DNA of 64,000 nt, taken from Euglena gracilis. Taxonomy: Eukaryota. The notes below the pieces were generated by a model, which was not told the origin of the DNA, did no database searches, and saw only the letters and a program-made list of their open reading frames with translations. A program made the position numbers and the translations under genes. Where the stretch lies: NCBI GenBank assembly GCA_039621445.1, contig CP154954.1:28985837-29049836 (forward strand). The letters run 5' to 3'. This document shows, one piece after another, positions 22,927-34,604 of the stretch (within the stretch, counting starts at the first letter, position 1; the number at the start of each line of letters is the position of its first letter).

Positions 22927-25288
22927 CTATTGGGCCCCTGGGGGAGAAGAGGTGGGCCCACCCCCCTTTGACCATGCACCCCCCTTGCCCGAGGAATTTC
23001 GCTGAGTGGCTGGCTGCCCTTTACCCTTGGGCTGCCCCTTGCCTTTTCCATTATTTTGCCAAAATTCCTTAGATTTAGCAAGGGCCTCACTCAGCGGCTT
23101 GTTACACTCATAAAAATAATGCCCGCACTCCCCACAGTTGAAGCATGGATATGGGGACCTGCCCCTACCCGATGCCTGCGGGGTCCAGGTCTGCCCCCCC
23201 TTGCCTTGCCGGGCTGGGGGTGCTGGACTTTGGGTTCGCGACCATGAAGCTGCACCTGGCCGCGAAGACGAAAAAGGGGACCTGCCCCGCTGGGCTGGCT
23301 GGGCTGGCCCCTTATCTCCCTTTGGAGCTGGCTGTGGGGCAGATTTTAAGGTGTGACCCTGCCCCCCGGCTGCTGGTGTTGACACAGAGGTTGGGGACAC
23401 CGGGGGGGTTTGGCCTTTTTCCAACACCTGTATTTTCCCTGAGCCTTTTGTTGTCGATTTGCTGAATAATCTGGGAAAATGGTGCTGATTCAAAGCCAAA
23501 TCCTGCTTCTCCCGAAGAGCTAACTTGCCCTCGGCAAAAGCAAACATTTCCTCAACGGTCATTAGTTGTTCCACCAATTCAGCGTTGAGGAAATTTTCCA
23601 TTCCCTGCAATTTCCTTCGATTTACGGCTGTTAATTTCAGTGCCTCCTCCGAAGAACTGAAATAAATAAGGCAAAAGGCACCAGGGTTTTTGATAACCAC
23701 CTTCCGTGGATCAATCCCCCCAGTGATCTGGCTCACACTCCTTTTAATCCCATCCACCGTGGGATTTGGTATCCCTGTGAGCCTGACAATGGGTTGTTTA
23801 CGGGCTCGGTTATCCTCCTCTTCTATGCAAAACTTGCTTAAAAAAGGAGGAATTCTTTCCAAAAATAATCTCCGAGCCTCCCCAGCTGTGGCATCCTTAA
23901 CATGGTGCCAGGCACTGCAAAATTTAATCCAAAATTCTTGCAGATCAGCCCGGGTAATTTTTCCTTCGTTTACCATAGTTACCTCCTGCCATATTTTCCG
24001 AGCCGTTAGCCCCTTACTCGAGGCATAACGGTTCTGGAACTGAGCCAATATGGTGGGGTAACTTAATTTAGCTCCATTCAACCGATAGAGCCTGATTTCC
24101 TCCCTTAATCTGGGTCCTAAACATGCCTCAAAAACCTGCAGCTTTTGCAAATCAGAATACGGTTTCCCTGATGTCAACCAGTAAAGATGTCAACCAGTAA
24201 AGATTCCAATCTACTTCAAAATCTTGCCAGGAAATGCTGCCCGATTCATCAAAATAGGGCTTAGCACCTCCCTGCAAAATTTCAAAAGCTACTGGGTCAC
24301 CGATAAAAGGAAAACCCAACCCGTGTCCTGGGTTGGCTGCAGCCCCCCCTGTCCCGATAGGCCTAATCGAGAAAGCAGGGGCTGCAGAAATATGTGGAGG
24401 GACACACAATGACACAGAAGAAACCACTGCTGTGTCTTGCGTGTCCTCCAAAACAAATCCCCCCTCAATCACTAAGGGAGGGGAAATGTTTGAAACTGCA
24501 GATTTATTATGAGAAAAAATCTGATCTGAAAAAGCTGGGTCAGCACTGGGCACCGTGCTGGCCAGTGAGCTGGACTGAGGCTGCCCCAGGGGCTGCTGCT
24601 GTCCAGCCGACGGCAGGCTCAGCCCCATTGGCAGCCTGTGAGCAGGCTGCGGCTGGCCTGCTGGCTGGCCAGGCTGCTGGGCTAGCTGGACGACGGGCTG
24701 CTGGGCCAGCTGCTGCCCAGGCTGTGGCAGCCCCGCTGGGTGTAGGGGCTGCTGGCTGCCCTGCCGCAGCCACCACATGTCAGATTTTTTTTGCAAAACC
24801 CCTCTCGGTTCTGCAATTGGGTGTACGGGTCCATTTTTTTGTAAATCCTGCAGCACTTTCTGTAACTCGAAAGTGTTCCCCCCAACTTTTGCAAGTCCCT
24901 GCCTTAATTCCTCCACCAGCCCACCAAATTTTTTCTCCTGGGAAAAAATCAGCTGATAAACACTCTGAAAATTCTGCTCACAATCCGTCAGCAGTTCTTG
25001 TATTTCTGAGTGTCGTTTCCCTACTTCATCTGAAATATTCTGGTGCAGTTTTTGAATACCCCCACCAAAACCATGGAGGGCTGTATTCATCGCTGAATTT
25101 TGTTCACCCAGCTGGCGAACATAATCAGCGAACTGCTGGAGCTGCTGAGCCTGGCCCTGTACCGTACTACGCAGCGATACCAGGTCAGCCTGAACTTCAA
25201 TGATTTTGGCAGCGACAACGGCCAGCTCCTGGAGAGTTTCTGCCTCCCCCCCCCTGAGCTGGCTGGGCGGCTTTAAAATTCTCAGCAA
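22927..25288 (-). pseudogene. gag: gag (coiled-coil N-part, capsid-like region, CCHC knuckle), split by a 16-bp tandem duplication
   Basis: CFNCGECGHYFYEC. Duplication GATGTCAACCAGTAAA at 24170-24185/24186-24201 explains the frameshift between ORFs 24152-25288 and 22927-24177. Overlapping ORFs up to ~26600 may be further frameshifted N-terminal parts. Confidence 0.85.
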
Positions 25289-26635
25289 ACCGCTGAAAAT
25301 TTTTAAGCACGAGATCCTTAATTGGTAAGGCAGCCACCTGATTTTGCACTTGTTTCAAACTTTCCTGTGGCAGGCTGTCCAAAATTCGTAAAAATTCCTG
25401 CCTCAGGGCCAAAAACTGATCACATCTCGAAGAAAACTGCGGGGCCAGTTTTTCCTCAAAACTTTTTTCCTGCCCGACAAAAAGGTCAAGTGCCTGTGCG
25501 TCAATTTTTTGCACTGAAATTTTCACCTGGGCCTCACATTTTTTCTCAAAAAGTTCAAAAACCTGCAGGCAGTCAGCCCTGGCCGTTTCTTCGATTCATG
25601 CAGCCATGTGCTCCACCAGGTGGATGTCGACAGCGGGGGGTTGTTGTTGCTGCTGCGGCAGAACCCACTCTTCGTTGGCTTTTTCCAAAGCCAAAACCCG
25701 AAAAGTCAGCTGCTGCACTGTCCACTGGAGGTCTCTGTTACTTTGTAAAAATTGCCCCCAGGGGTCTTCAAATCCCTGATTTTGTGAACCCCCCCTGGGG
25801 GTGGCTTCAGAACTTTCATAGGCTGGGGGTTGGACCTCCTCCTCACCCCCCTCGATGAAAATATGAGGAGGCTGGGGGGCTGCAGCAGCTGCTGGCTGAC
25901 CGTGATCAACCTCACGGTGCAGCCGTTTTTGCTGAACTTCATCACTACCTGGTGATGAAGCTGGTGTTCGGGGTGTCCGAGTAGAAGTAGAGCTGGGATG
26001 GTCCTTCGGGTTTTCCTCTGCCCCTCGACTTCTGCTATGACCCGCTCGTTGCTGTCCCAATTATTATTGTTTAAGCCCAGCACATGGCCCTGTGCTTGCT
26101 TTTCAAAGAAAACTGGGCTGGGGTTATCACCCCCCTGCCCTGACGAGGCACTTGCCGTTTCCTTCGCCAGCCCATCTACCTGGGATGGTTGGGAAAACTG
26201 CAAAAGTGCCACCGGCTCTTGGGCTGGTGTTGAAGAAACTGGTTGAGCTGGAGGCAAAGGCAATGCAAAAGCGGGTAATGATGGCAGATTCCCTAAATTT
26301 TGCACCCATGAAAAGTCTGGGAGAGGTTGCAACTCAGGCAGCACAAAACCGTACCCCATATTTTGCAAAGGCAAAACCCCTGAAAAAGGCTCTGGAAAAC
26401 ACGGTTGGTTGGAAATGACAACCTGGCCATCCCCACCCTGAAATTCCAACATCTGTCCCATATTTGTGGGGGTTCTGAGTTCAGCCAAACTGGTTTCGGG
26501 TCCCAACTCCCTGTTCCCCGAAATTCCAATCGTCAGATTTGCCATCTGAGATTGGGCCATTGGCTGATCGTCAAAGAAAACATTCTGAGCAGGGATTTCC
26601 AACCCACAATTTCCGACAGAAGGCTGAAGGATCAA

Positions 26636-26648
26636 CCTCTGCTTACCA
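26636..26648 (-). other. Primer-binding site (initiator-Met tRNA-like)
   Basis: TGGTAAGCAGAGG directly after the 5' LTR, similar to the complement of tRNAiMet 3' ends (TGGTAGCAGAGG). Confidence 0.75.
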
Positions 26649-27744
26649 TATTTCACACCCGTGCTGCCATGTCCCCCGGCAGCACTGGGGTGAAGCGGAA
26701 ACCCCCGCCCCGGGCCAGTTTCCGGCGTAGGATCGTTTTTTTGGCTCCTGGAGCCGACTTGTGTCGGAAATTTTTTCCTATTCTGCTCCCCCCTGTGGCC
26801 GAAACTGGGCCATTATTTCCAAGGAGAAACTTCCCAGTGGACCCTCCCCGACCCCTGAGGGGGGTGTCACTGGGATCTCCAAGGGGGGTGTCTTTGGGGT
26901 TTCAACCCCTCCCTGCTCAGTTGAACCAGTGAGAGCCAACACCCCCCCCTGGGTGTCATTTCTCACAGTTTCTGGGCCAAAAAGGGGGTTTTGGGGTGAA
27001 ATTTGGCCAGTGGTTGCCTGAGTTGAAGAGTCCCACCCCCCTGCCCCTTTTCCCACAGATGAGGTGGGGGGGGAAGACAAACCTCACCTTCTTCAAATGA
27101 TTGATTGTTTTGTTGATCTTCCATTTGCAATTGAAATTCCAAATTCAACACTTGATTGTAATTGGATGCAATTGCCACAACAAGTACAATGGTGCAACAG
27201 GTAAAGAGGAAAACCCTGTGAAAAGAAAATGATTTTGATGCCCCTGATGGGCAGTTAAATTTAGGATTGAGTGCGCTGATTCCTAAGCACTTTCAAATCC
27301 CAAATCTTAGCCCATTGCATCAAAATCAACCAACCCAGGTCAAAATCAAGGTTTCCCCCCTTGATTTTGATAAATTATGCTGAATTCCATCATTATTGAG
27401 CTTTGCAAACCCCTGCAAAAACTCCAGGAACTCAGGCGCCAATCTCTTAAAATTCTGTTCCAAGCGTTTGCAAGCGCTCTCACCAAATCCAACATTTTCC
27501 CTTAAAACCAAAGGAAAAATGCATAAAAAGCTTAAAATGTGCTAAATAAACCCAAAATCACCATTTGGGAATACCTAGCATCACTCAATCTCTCTCCTTG
27601 CACAACCAAACCATGGGCGCCCTAGGAGAGGGAATTTTAATGGAAATCTTTAGAAAGTCTTAAAATTAGAGCTAAACCGCCCTTAAAAGGCCTTCTAAAA
27701 GGGAAAAACTCCGCCGCCCGGCGGTCGACCTCAAACGGTCGTCA
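26649..27744 (-). repeat. 5' LTR
   Basis: Direct repeat of 14230-15325. Its inner end reads TA instead of CA. Confidence 0.95.
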
Positions 27745-28058
27745 GATCGTGTTTCCAGAAAATCCATTATCCAGTCCCAGCGTCTTTGTAGGAAGGTGGG
27801 GTTTTGAAAGATATTGCCCAGGGGTCGTCCAAGTTGACAGTCATGTGTTTCGATTCGCCAACGAGCCCAGAGGGGGAAGTTTTCCTGGCAGAGGTAGCAC
27901 GTTACAAAGGGGAGCGTTGGTTGGATCTGTTGGTTGACTGACGTGCTTGGCCCTGAGGCTGCCGGCCTGGTGCGGGTCCAACGCCAACTTTGTCCATTTA
28001 GGCAAATGTCTTCCTAGACTTCCTCGGGGTTTTCTTGGGGGCGGGACCGGCCTGCCGG

Positions 28059-28082
28059 GGGACCAGGGTTTTGTTCAATGTC
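28059..28082 (-). other. 2A/StopGo motif DIEQNPGP
   Basis: Exact consensus (LVRQAHDIEQNPGP), in the same reconstructed frame as the other two 2A motifs, with one TAG at 28014-28016. Confidence 0.78.
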
Positions 28083-28571
28083 ATGCGCCTGGCGGACCAG
28101 TTGTTTAGTCAGGTTGAAGGATTGAGGGGTGGCGGGTGGCGGGGGTTCCGAGTGAGGGGGGTTTGTTTGGACTAGGCTGTGGGGGGTGGTGCTGAGTTCC
28201 TTCGGGTTTGGTGATTTCCGGTCGATGCATGAGCAAGCCGAAGTGGTTTTTGGTTGGGCAGGGGTGGAAATGACGTTTTGGGAAAAGTACGGAGAGAGTG
28301 CTGGAATTGGGGGTCCAGTCCTGAGGGAATCCCGGGTCAGATTTTTTTGGGTATCGGTGTTTTTTAAGGCCACAGGTTGGGGTGGACAGATTTTCCGCTG
28401 GTTCAGCTGAGTCAACTCCTGTTTTTGGGAATGGGGGGGGAAAAGGTCCACTGGGTGGGAAAAGTGGGGGGGAACTGGGGGGTGGGAAGTGAACTCCAGT
28501 TTAGTGTTGGCTGTCTCCCGAACTGTAACACAGGCTTCGACTGCAAAAGGAGGGCCAACCAACCAAGGTGA

Positions 28572-28732
28572 GCACGGCACGGCACGGCACGGCACGGCAC
28601 GGCACAGCACGGCACGGCACGGCACGGCACGGCACGGCACGGCACGGCACGGCACGGCACGGCACGGCACGGCACGGCACGGCACGGCACGGCACGGCAC
28701 GGCACGGCACGGCACGGCACGGCACGGCACGG
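28572..28732. repeat. (GGCAC)n pentanucleotide microsatellite
   Basis: About 32 units, one variant. Confidence 0.97.
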
Positions 28733-29189
28733 CGCGCGTCTCGCGTCTCGCGCGGCTCCCGTGCTCGCGCGTCGCCCGTGCGGGCGCGTCGCCTGTGTCG
28801 GCGTGCTGTTCTTTTGCCGTCGGGACGGCTCACCGCGTGCTGTTGCACCCGCCTGTCACTTGGGCGGTTTCACTTCGATTTCCGTTGGCCTGACCCTGAG
28901 GGGCGTGGGCCCTTTCTTTTTTTTTTGTGGGGGGGGGGTGGTGCTACCATCTGCGAGGTTTCTCACCTCGGCCGTGTGCATTGGATGCGGATGGGGCCCA
29001 CATTCATTCCATCTTCGGTCATGGATGCTCTTTGCCATCCTTGCATATCCACCGCCGCCACGGAGGTTCCTCGTTGTGGGCCTGGTGCTGTCCTGGGCGG
29101 TGGTGCATCCCGCGGCGCTGATGTTAGCGGGAGCTCCTCCTGCCCTCGTGCTGCCAACACAGCAGAGAGTTGCTCAGCCACAAACGCCA

Positions 29190-30485
29190 TCAATGCCGAG
29201 GAGATACGGAAATGTCTTGGGCCAAGTGTTGCCTTGCCCAGCCTTGTTTGTCGCCTAGTGCTTGCTTCACCAGCCGGCCAAGTAGCCCTGAGCCCAGGGG
29301 GCCCAGACCTGACCATGGGTGGAATGACAGTGGACTGAACAGCCATCCGGCCGACTCGCATATTGGCTGGTTTTTGGTGATCTTCTTGTGTTCTGCCATG
29401 GCCATGTTCTTCACTGCTAGGTCTTCTTCCCAGGACAACCCTTTTCGGAGCGGGTGAAAGACGACAAGGTCCACCGCCAAGGGCCCCGCAGGATCAACTC
29501 CATCAAATGCCACATCGGCTGGGCGCTTCTTTCCACCGACGGCCATCTCTGTCCTTGTGTGGACACCAGTCTCCCGGAGGACCATTGCCAGCGCATCTCG
29601 TACTGCATTGTGGCGCAAGACGAGTTTTTTTTTTTTGCAGCATAGCAAATGGTCCCCGAAGGGATCCAGGGAATCACCACACATGGGGCATGGGGCTCCG
29701 GATGCCCATGGAGAGATCTTGGCTCCAAGCCACCACCGTAGCAGCAGGCGGTACTTTGTTGCTTGTATGCGCGTCCCCATTCCTTTGTTTGGGACCGTCT
29801 GCACCCAGGCTGTGGTGTGCGGCATGGATTGCAGGCGCAGCCGGCACTTGTCCCGGAGTGGGAGGACCTTCTTCAGGGCATCTTTTCGTGCTAGATGGAC
29901 CTTATCTGACCACCAACGCTGACTTCTGTGGTCATCCTCGACGTTCACCGGTTGCTTCCTCTCTACCCACTCTGGTAGTGGAGAGAACTGTACGCCCAAG
30001 GTGCATTGCAGCTCCTTTGTGACCTCGATGAAATCCGATGGCGTTGTGCATGCTTGGGGTGGGAATTGGAGCAGTTGGAACTGTTTTAGTGCACACAAAA
30101 TGCCTGCCATCCGTTCTGGTGCTTGGAGGACGGTGGGGACCTTGATTCCCAGCCCTGCCATGCGGAGTGGCAAGCTGCATTGGGCCCACTGGGATTCACT
30201 TGTCGATGGCTGGCCGATGGTGTCGTCCCATGCTCTGCGGATGACCCGATCTGCTGCTTGAAGAGGGCCCTGCAAGGCGTCTGACCGCAAAGCGCGAAGG
30301 AAATGCATGACCTTGCAAGCATCCAGACAGTACCGGAGCAAAATGTGCTGGCACTGTGGGTCGCCCAGGTTGCTCAAGACGTGGCACGATTCTTCAAGTT
30401 TGTCCACTACTGCTTGCATCTCCTTCTGGCGAAACGTCGTCGTGGTTGGGTGCTCCACTGGAAAGCCGAGGACTCACAAGCCTTG
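29190..30485 (-). mobile_element. 5'-truncated CRE-like non-LTR element of a second, divergent family (RT thumb, zinc finger, RLE)
   Basis: GL*VLGFPVEHP, LLRYCLDACKV, LPLRMAGLG, CPMCGDSLDPFGDHLLCC, RHNAVRD, RPADV, AVDL, HPWSGLGP. Colinear with the 10163-12160 protein. Confidence 0.88.
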
Positions 30486-31023
30486 TCGGGGTGGGGGAAA
30501 GGCCGGCAGAGGGGACTGCGGCAGCACCCAGGGGAGGGACAGGCCCGCCCGGGCTCACCGAGGGAGAGATCCTTGGTGGCGTCTCCCTGGGATCACAGCC
30601 CATCGTAAACCCCGATAAGGTGTGGGCCAGCCTGTTGGTGCTTGGGGGAGTCGGGGTGGGGGAAAGGCCGGCAGAGGGGACTGCGGCAGCACCCAGGGGA
30701 GGGACAGGCCCGCCCGGGCTCACCGAGGGAGAGATCCTTGGTGGCGTCTCCCTGGGATCACAGCCCATCGTAAACCCCGATAAGGTGTGGGCCAGCCTGT
30801 TGGTGCTCGGGGGAGTCGGGGTGGGGGAAAGGCCGGCAGTGGGGACTGCGGCAGCACCCAGGGGAGGGACAGCCCGCCCGGGCTCACCGAGGGAGAGATC
30901 CTTGGTGGCGTCTCCCTGGGATCACAGCCCATCGTAAACCCCGATAAGGTGTGGGCCAGCCTGTTGGTGCTCGGGGGAGTCGGGGTGGGGGAAAGCTCGG
31001 CAGTGGGGACTGCGGCAGCACCC
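30485..31023. repeat. Tandem repeat, 165-bp unit, ~3.2 copies
   Basis: Units start at 30485, 30650, 30815 and 30979 (GTCGGGGTGGGGGAAAG...). Confidence 0.92.
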
Positions 31024-31194
31024 CGGCTGGTGCAGAAGGTGTTGCCTTTGCAGGGGTAACAGGGGTAACAGAAAGACTGAGGGGCGGGGTGGGGGGGGAA
31101 CGGGAGGAGCAGTGAATAGCTGGTGAATTGGGCGGTGGAAAAAGGAGAAATTGTGATTTAAACAAGCAGGAGTGGCGGCTGCCGTCCTGTCCCC

Positions 31195-31489
31195 GACTGC
31201 TCTGCAGTCTCTCTTTGAGGGGTTCGGCACCATCTCCAAGGTGCAGCTGACCCGAGGCTCCAGTCAGGTTGGGCGTTTGCTGTGCATTTTTGGTCGGTTC
31301 GGCCCGCCGATGGTGCCCGTCAGGCCTCGCCGACCCCAACCTGGTTCCAACCCGGTGGGCAATATTGCCTTCATTCACTTCACCTCCCCGGAGGAGGCCC
31401 AAGGGGCCATCCAGAGCATGAACAACTACCCCTTGGACGAGACCCGGCACCTTGTGGTTCGGGCAAACACCAGCGCGAAGGGCCTTTAG
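31195..31489 (+). pseudogene. Inverted partial duplicate of the last two exons of the RRM gene
   Basis: [22 protein letters not shown] / 87-nt intron 31262-31348 / [38 protein letters not shown]. It lacks the RNP2 exon. Confidence 0.8.
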
Positions 31490-33180
31490 GCATGCACCCA
31501 ATCCGTGTCATTTGTTTGGCCATTCTCAAAGCTACAGGGAAGTAGTTATCGTTTTTAAGTGGCCATTTTGAGACTGTACGGCTGACAGGTCATGTTGGAG
31601 TCATGCCCCCCCAGAAAGCTTACCATGAGGGGAGTGTGTCAAATTTTGATTTTCAAAAGCACAACCCAGGAATGAGGGGGATAATGTAGCGCAAAATCCT
31701 GAATGAATCCAACCCACACTTGCTGTTAACATCACAGAAAAAAATCTTTCTTTGTGCCGTAACCAATATGGAAAGTTTTTTTTGTAACCATCTGCTCTGC
31801 AACGTTCTTTCCGATACTGCCTTGCCAACTTGAAAGTCTGTGTTGCAACAGCTGCGCCATTGTTATCCTGTTCATTTTTTTGATTGAAAAAATGTGCTGG
31901 GGCAAAAAGCTGCGACCACCGTGGACTTTTTTTCTGCACGGTGGCACCGGCGACCCGGCACGCTGTCCAAAAGTCGCCAACAACACTTGCACTGGGTTCC
32001 TGGTTTTTTCTTTTTTAATTCAAAATGATGTGTCTTCAGATAATTTTTTTTGCGTGCAAATAAATTGTCAACTCTTTGCAAGTGATTGAAAAAGAGCTTA
32101 AATTGCACAAAAAACCATGTTTTTGTTGGTTGGAGGCAAAATTGCACCACACAACACTTTTATTGGTCCTGCAGGTGAGAATCAATCATTTTTCAATTCG
32201 ATTTTACGTTAAGGGGGCGAAAATGGCCAAATGGCTTTTTTTGAGGACCCCCCCCCTGTCGAGGGTTGACATAAGGGGGGCACGTACAATCACCCCCCCC
32301 CCCTGTTGGTGGCTTTGAGAATCGGGTTGTTTTTGGCCTAGTCGTGCGACCACCCCCTGATTGGGGTTGTAGGTTGGGGGGTGCGCATGGCCACCCCCGT
32401 GGTCGGGGTTATAGGAACCCAGTTGGTTGACAGGGGGGGGGGCGGGTAGCAGGGAATTTCTTAAGCCGGAGGGTACCCTACCCCCGGGGGGAGGGGTCCA
32501 GCCAGCCAGCAGCTCAAATCCAGCCAGCAGCCCAAATTCGGGGGGGGGGCCCCCCCCCCCCCCCCCCGGGGTCGAGTGAAGTAAAGTTGGGTCCAGCCCG
32601 GCCGCAGGCCGGGCCAGCCGGCCGCAGGCTGGCCAGCCAACTGGGCTGCCCAACTCATTTATCCTTGCATTTTTTCCCCTCATCACAGCCCCTCCATCAC
32701 AGCCCCCCAGCCTTGATCTAGCTCCACCCATCAAAATGTCGAAAATGGCAAAAATGTGTTAGAAAATTTTGTTTTTCACCGACCCAGCCCAGCCCAGCCC
32801 CCTCCAGCCCCAGACCCCCCCCCCCCCCCCCCCCCCCCGGGGGGGGGGGGAGCCAGCAGCCTTTTTGCAAACTTTTGGGAACTGTTTGGGCAAAAACTTG
32901 AAAAAAAATGCAAAAAAAATCGGCGCAAAGCTCCAAAAAAAAATTGACCTTTTGGGGGGTTGCCGGGTGACCCCCCTGCTGGGGTCGGTCTGGACGTCCC
33001 TTGGCACGTAGGGGTGGGGGTGGTCCGGACAAGAACCTTGGGGGGGGGGTGGGGAAAAAAGGGGGGGGGGGGGGGGGGGGGGGGGTGCCCGGCAGCACCT
33101 TCAGAACAGGCAAAAAAAAAACCCAAATCCAGCCAGGCTGTCATTTTTATCCAAAATTGGAGGCCCCAAGCTCCACCCGC

Positions 33181-33643
33181 CAGGGAATTTCTTAAGGACC
33201 CCGGGGGGGGGGGGCCAGCCTCCGGCTTGCAAAAAGGCTGCTGGCTCCCCCCCCCCGGGGGTGGGGGGGGAGGGGGGGGGTCTGGGGCTGGAGGGGGCTG
33301 GGCTGGGCTGGGTCGGTGAAAAACAAAATTTTCTAACACATTTTTGCCATTTTCGACATTTTGATGGGTGGAGCTAGATCAAGGCTGGGGGGCTGTGATG
33401 GAGGGGCTGTGATGAGGGGAAAAAATGCAAGGATAAATGAGTTGGGCAGCCCAGTTGGCTGGCCAGCCTGCGGCCGGCTGGCCCGGCCTGCGGCCGGGCT
33501 GGACCCAACTTTACTTCACTCGACCCCGGGGGGGGGGGGTGGGCTCCCACCCCGAATTTGGGCTGCTGGCTGGATTTGAGCTGCTGGCTGGCTGGACCCC
33601 TCCCCCCGGGGGTAGGGTACCCTCCGGCTTAAGAAATTCCCTG
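33181..33643. mobile_element. hAT-like MITE
   Basis: TIR CAGGGAATTTCTTAAG...CTTAAGAAATTCCCTG. Flanks CCACCCGC / CTACCCGC (7/8 TSD). Confidence 0.8.
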
Positions 33644-34604
33644 CTACCCGCCCCCCCCCCCTGTCAACCAACTGGGTTCCTATAACCCCGACCACGGGGG
33701 TGGCCATGCGCACCCCCCAACCTACAACCCCAATCAGGGGGTGGTCGCACGACTAGGCCAAAAACAACCCGATTCTCAAAGCCACCAACAGGGGGGGGGG
33801 GTGATTGTACGTGCCCCCCTTATGTCAACCCTCGACAGGGGGGGGGTCCTCAAAAAAAGCCATTTGGCCATTTTCGCCCCCTTAACGTAAAATCGAATTG
33901 AAAAATGATTGATTCTCACCTGCAGGACCAATAAAAGTGTTGTGTGGTGCAATTTTGCCTCCAACCAACAAAAACATGGTTTTTTGTGCAATTTAAGCTC
34001 TTTTTCAATCACTTGCAAAGAGTTGACAATTTATTTGCACGCAAAAAAAATTATCTGAAGACACATCATTTTGAATTAAAAAAGAAAAAACCAGGAACCC
34101 AGTGCAAGTGTTGTTGGCGACTTTTGGACAGCGTGCCGGGTCGCCGGTGCCACCGTGCAGAAAAAAAGTCCACGGTGGTCGCAGCTTTTTGCCCCAGCAC
34201 ATTTTTTCAATCAAAAAAATGAACAGGATAACAATGGCGCAGCTGTTGCAACACAGACTTTCAAGTTGGCAAGGCAGTATCGGAAAGAACGTTGCAGAGC
34301 AGATGGTTACAAAAAAAACTTTCCATATTGGTTACGGCACAAAGAAAGATTTTTTTCTGTGATGTTAACAGCAAGTGTGGGTTGGATTCATTCAGGATTT
34401 TGCGCTACATTATCCCCCTCATTCCTGGGTTGTGCTTTTGAAAATCAAAATTTGACACACTCCCCTCATGGTAAGCTTTCTGGGGGGGCATGACTCCAAC
34501 ATGACCTGTCAGCCGTACAGTCTCAAAATGGCCACTTAAAAACGATAACTACTTCCCTGTAGCTTTGAGAATGGCCAAACAAATGACACGGATTGGGTGC
34601 ATGC

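Larger units (their letters stand above)
14230..27744 (-). mobile_element. Full-length Ty3/Gypsy chromovirus-type LTR retrotransposon carrying a C5 DNA methyltransferase
   Basis: 1096-bp direct LTRs, TG...CA outer termini, 4-bp TSD GATC (14226-14229, 27745-27748), PBS, PPT, and gag / PR-RT-RH-IN-chromodomain order. Confidence 0.95.
9741..28570 (-). mobile_element. CRE/SLACS-like non-LTR retrotransposon, copy 2, carrying 2A motifs and a Dam-like methyltransferase; split by a nested Gypsy at 14230-27744
   Basis: Removing the Gypsy plus one GATC restores the frame (...DFLETR|SNGDWWHTCCINCRQVFITPYPQ...). Both ends are approximate: the 5' end abuts the (GGCAC)n tract, and the 3' UTR may extend below 9741. 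Confidence 0.85.

Noticed and set aside
25003-25014. TTTCTGAGTGTC resembling the euglenid spliced-leader exon
   Set aside because: Only 12 nt, lies antisense within gag, and lacks the downstream T-tract and SL intron.
28412-28893. PCRAV/TARHG repeat proteins
   Set aside because: Translations of the (GGCAC)n microsatellite.
31172-31489. Stand-alone 105-aa RRM ORF as given in the track
   Set aside because: It begins in intron sequence, reads through an 87-nt intron and lacks RNP2. It is a partial duplicate.
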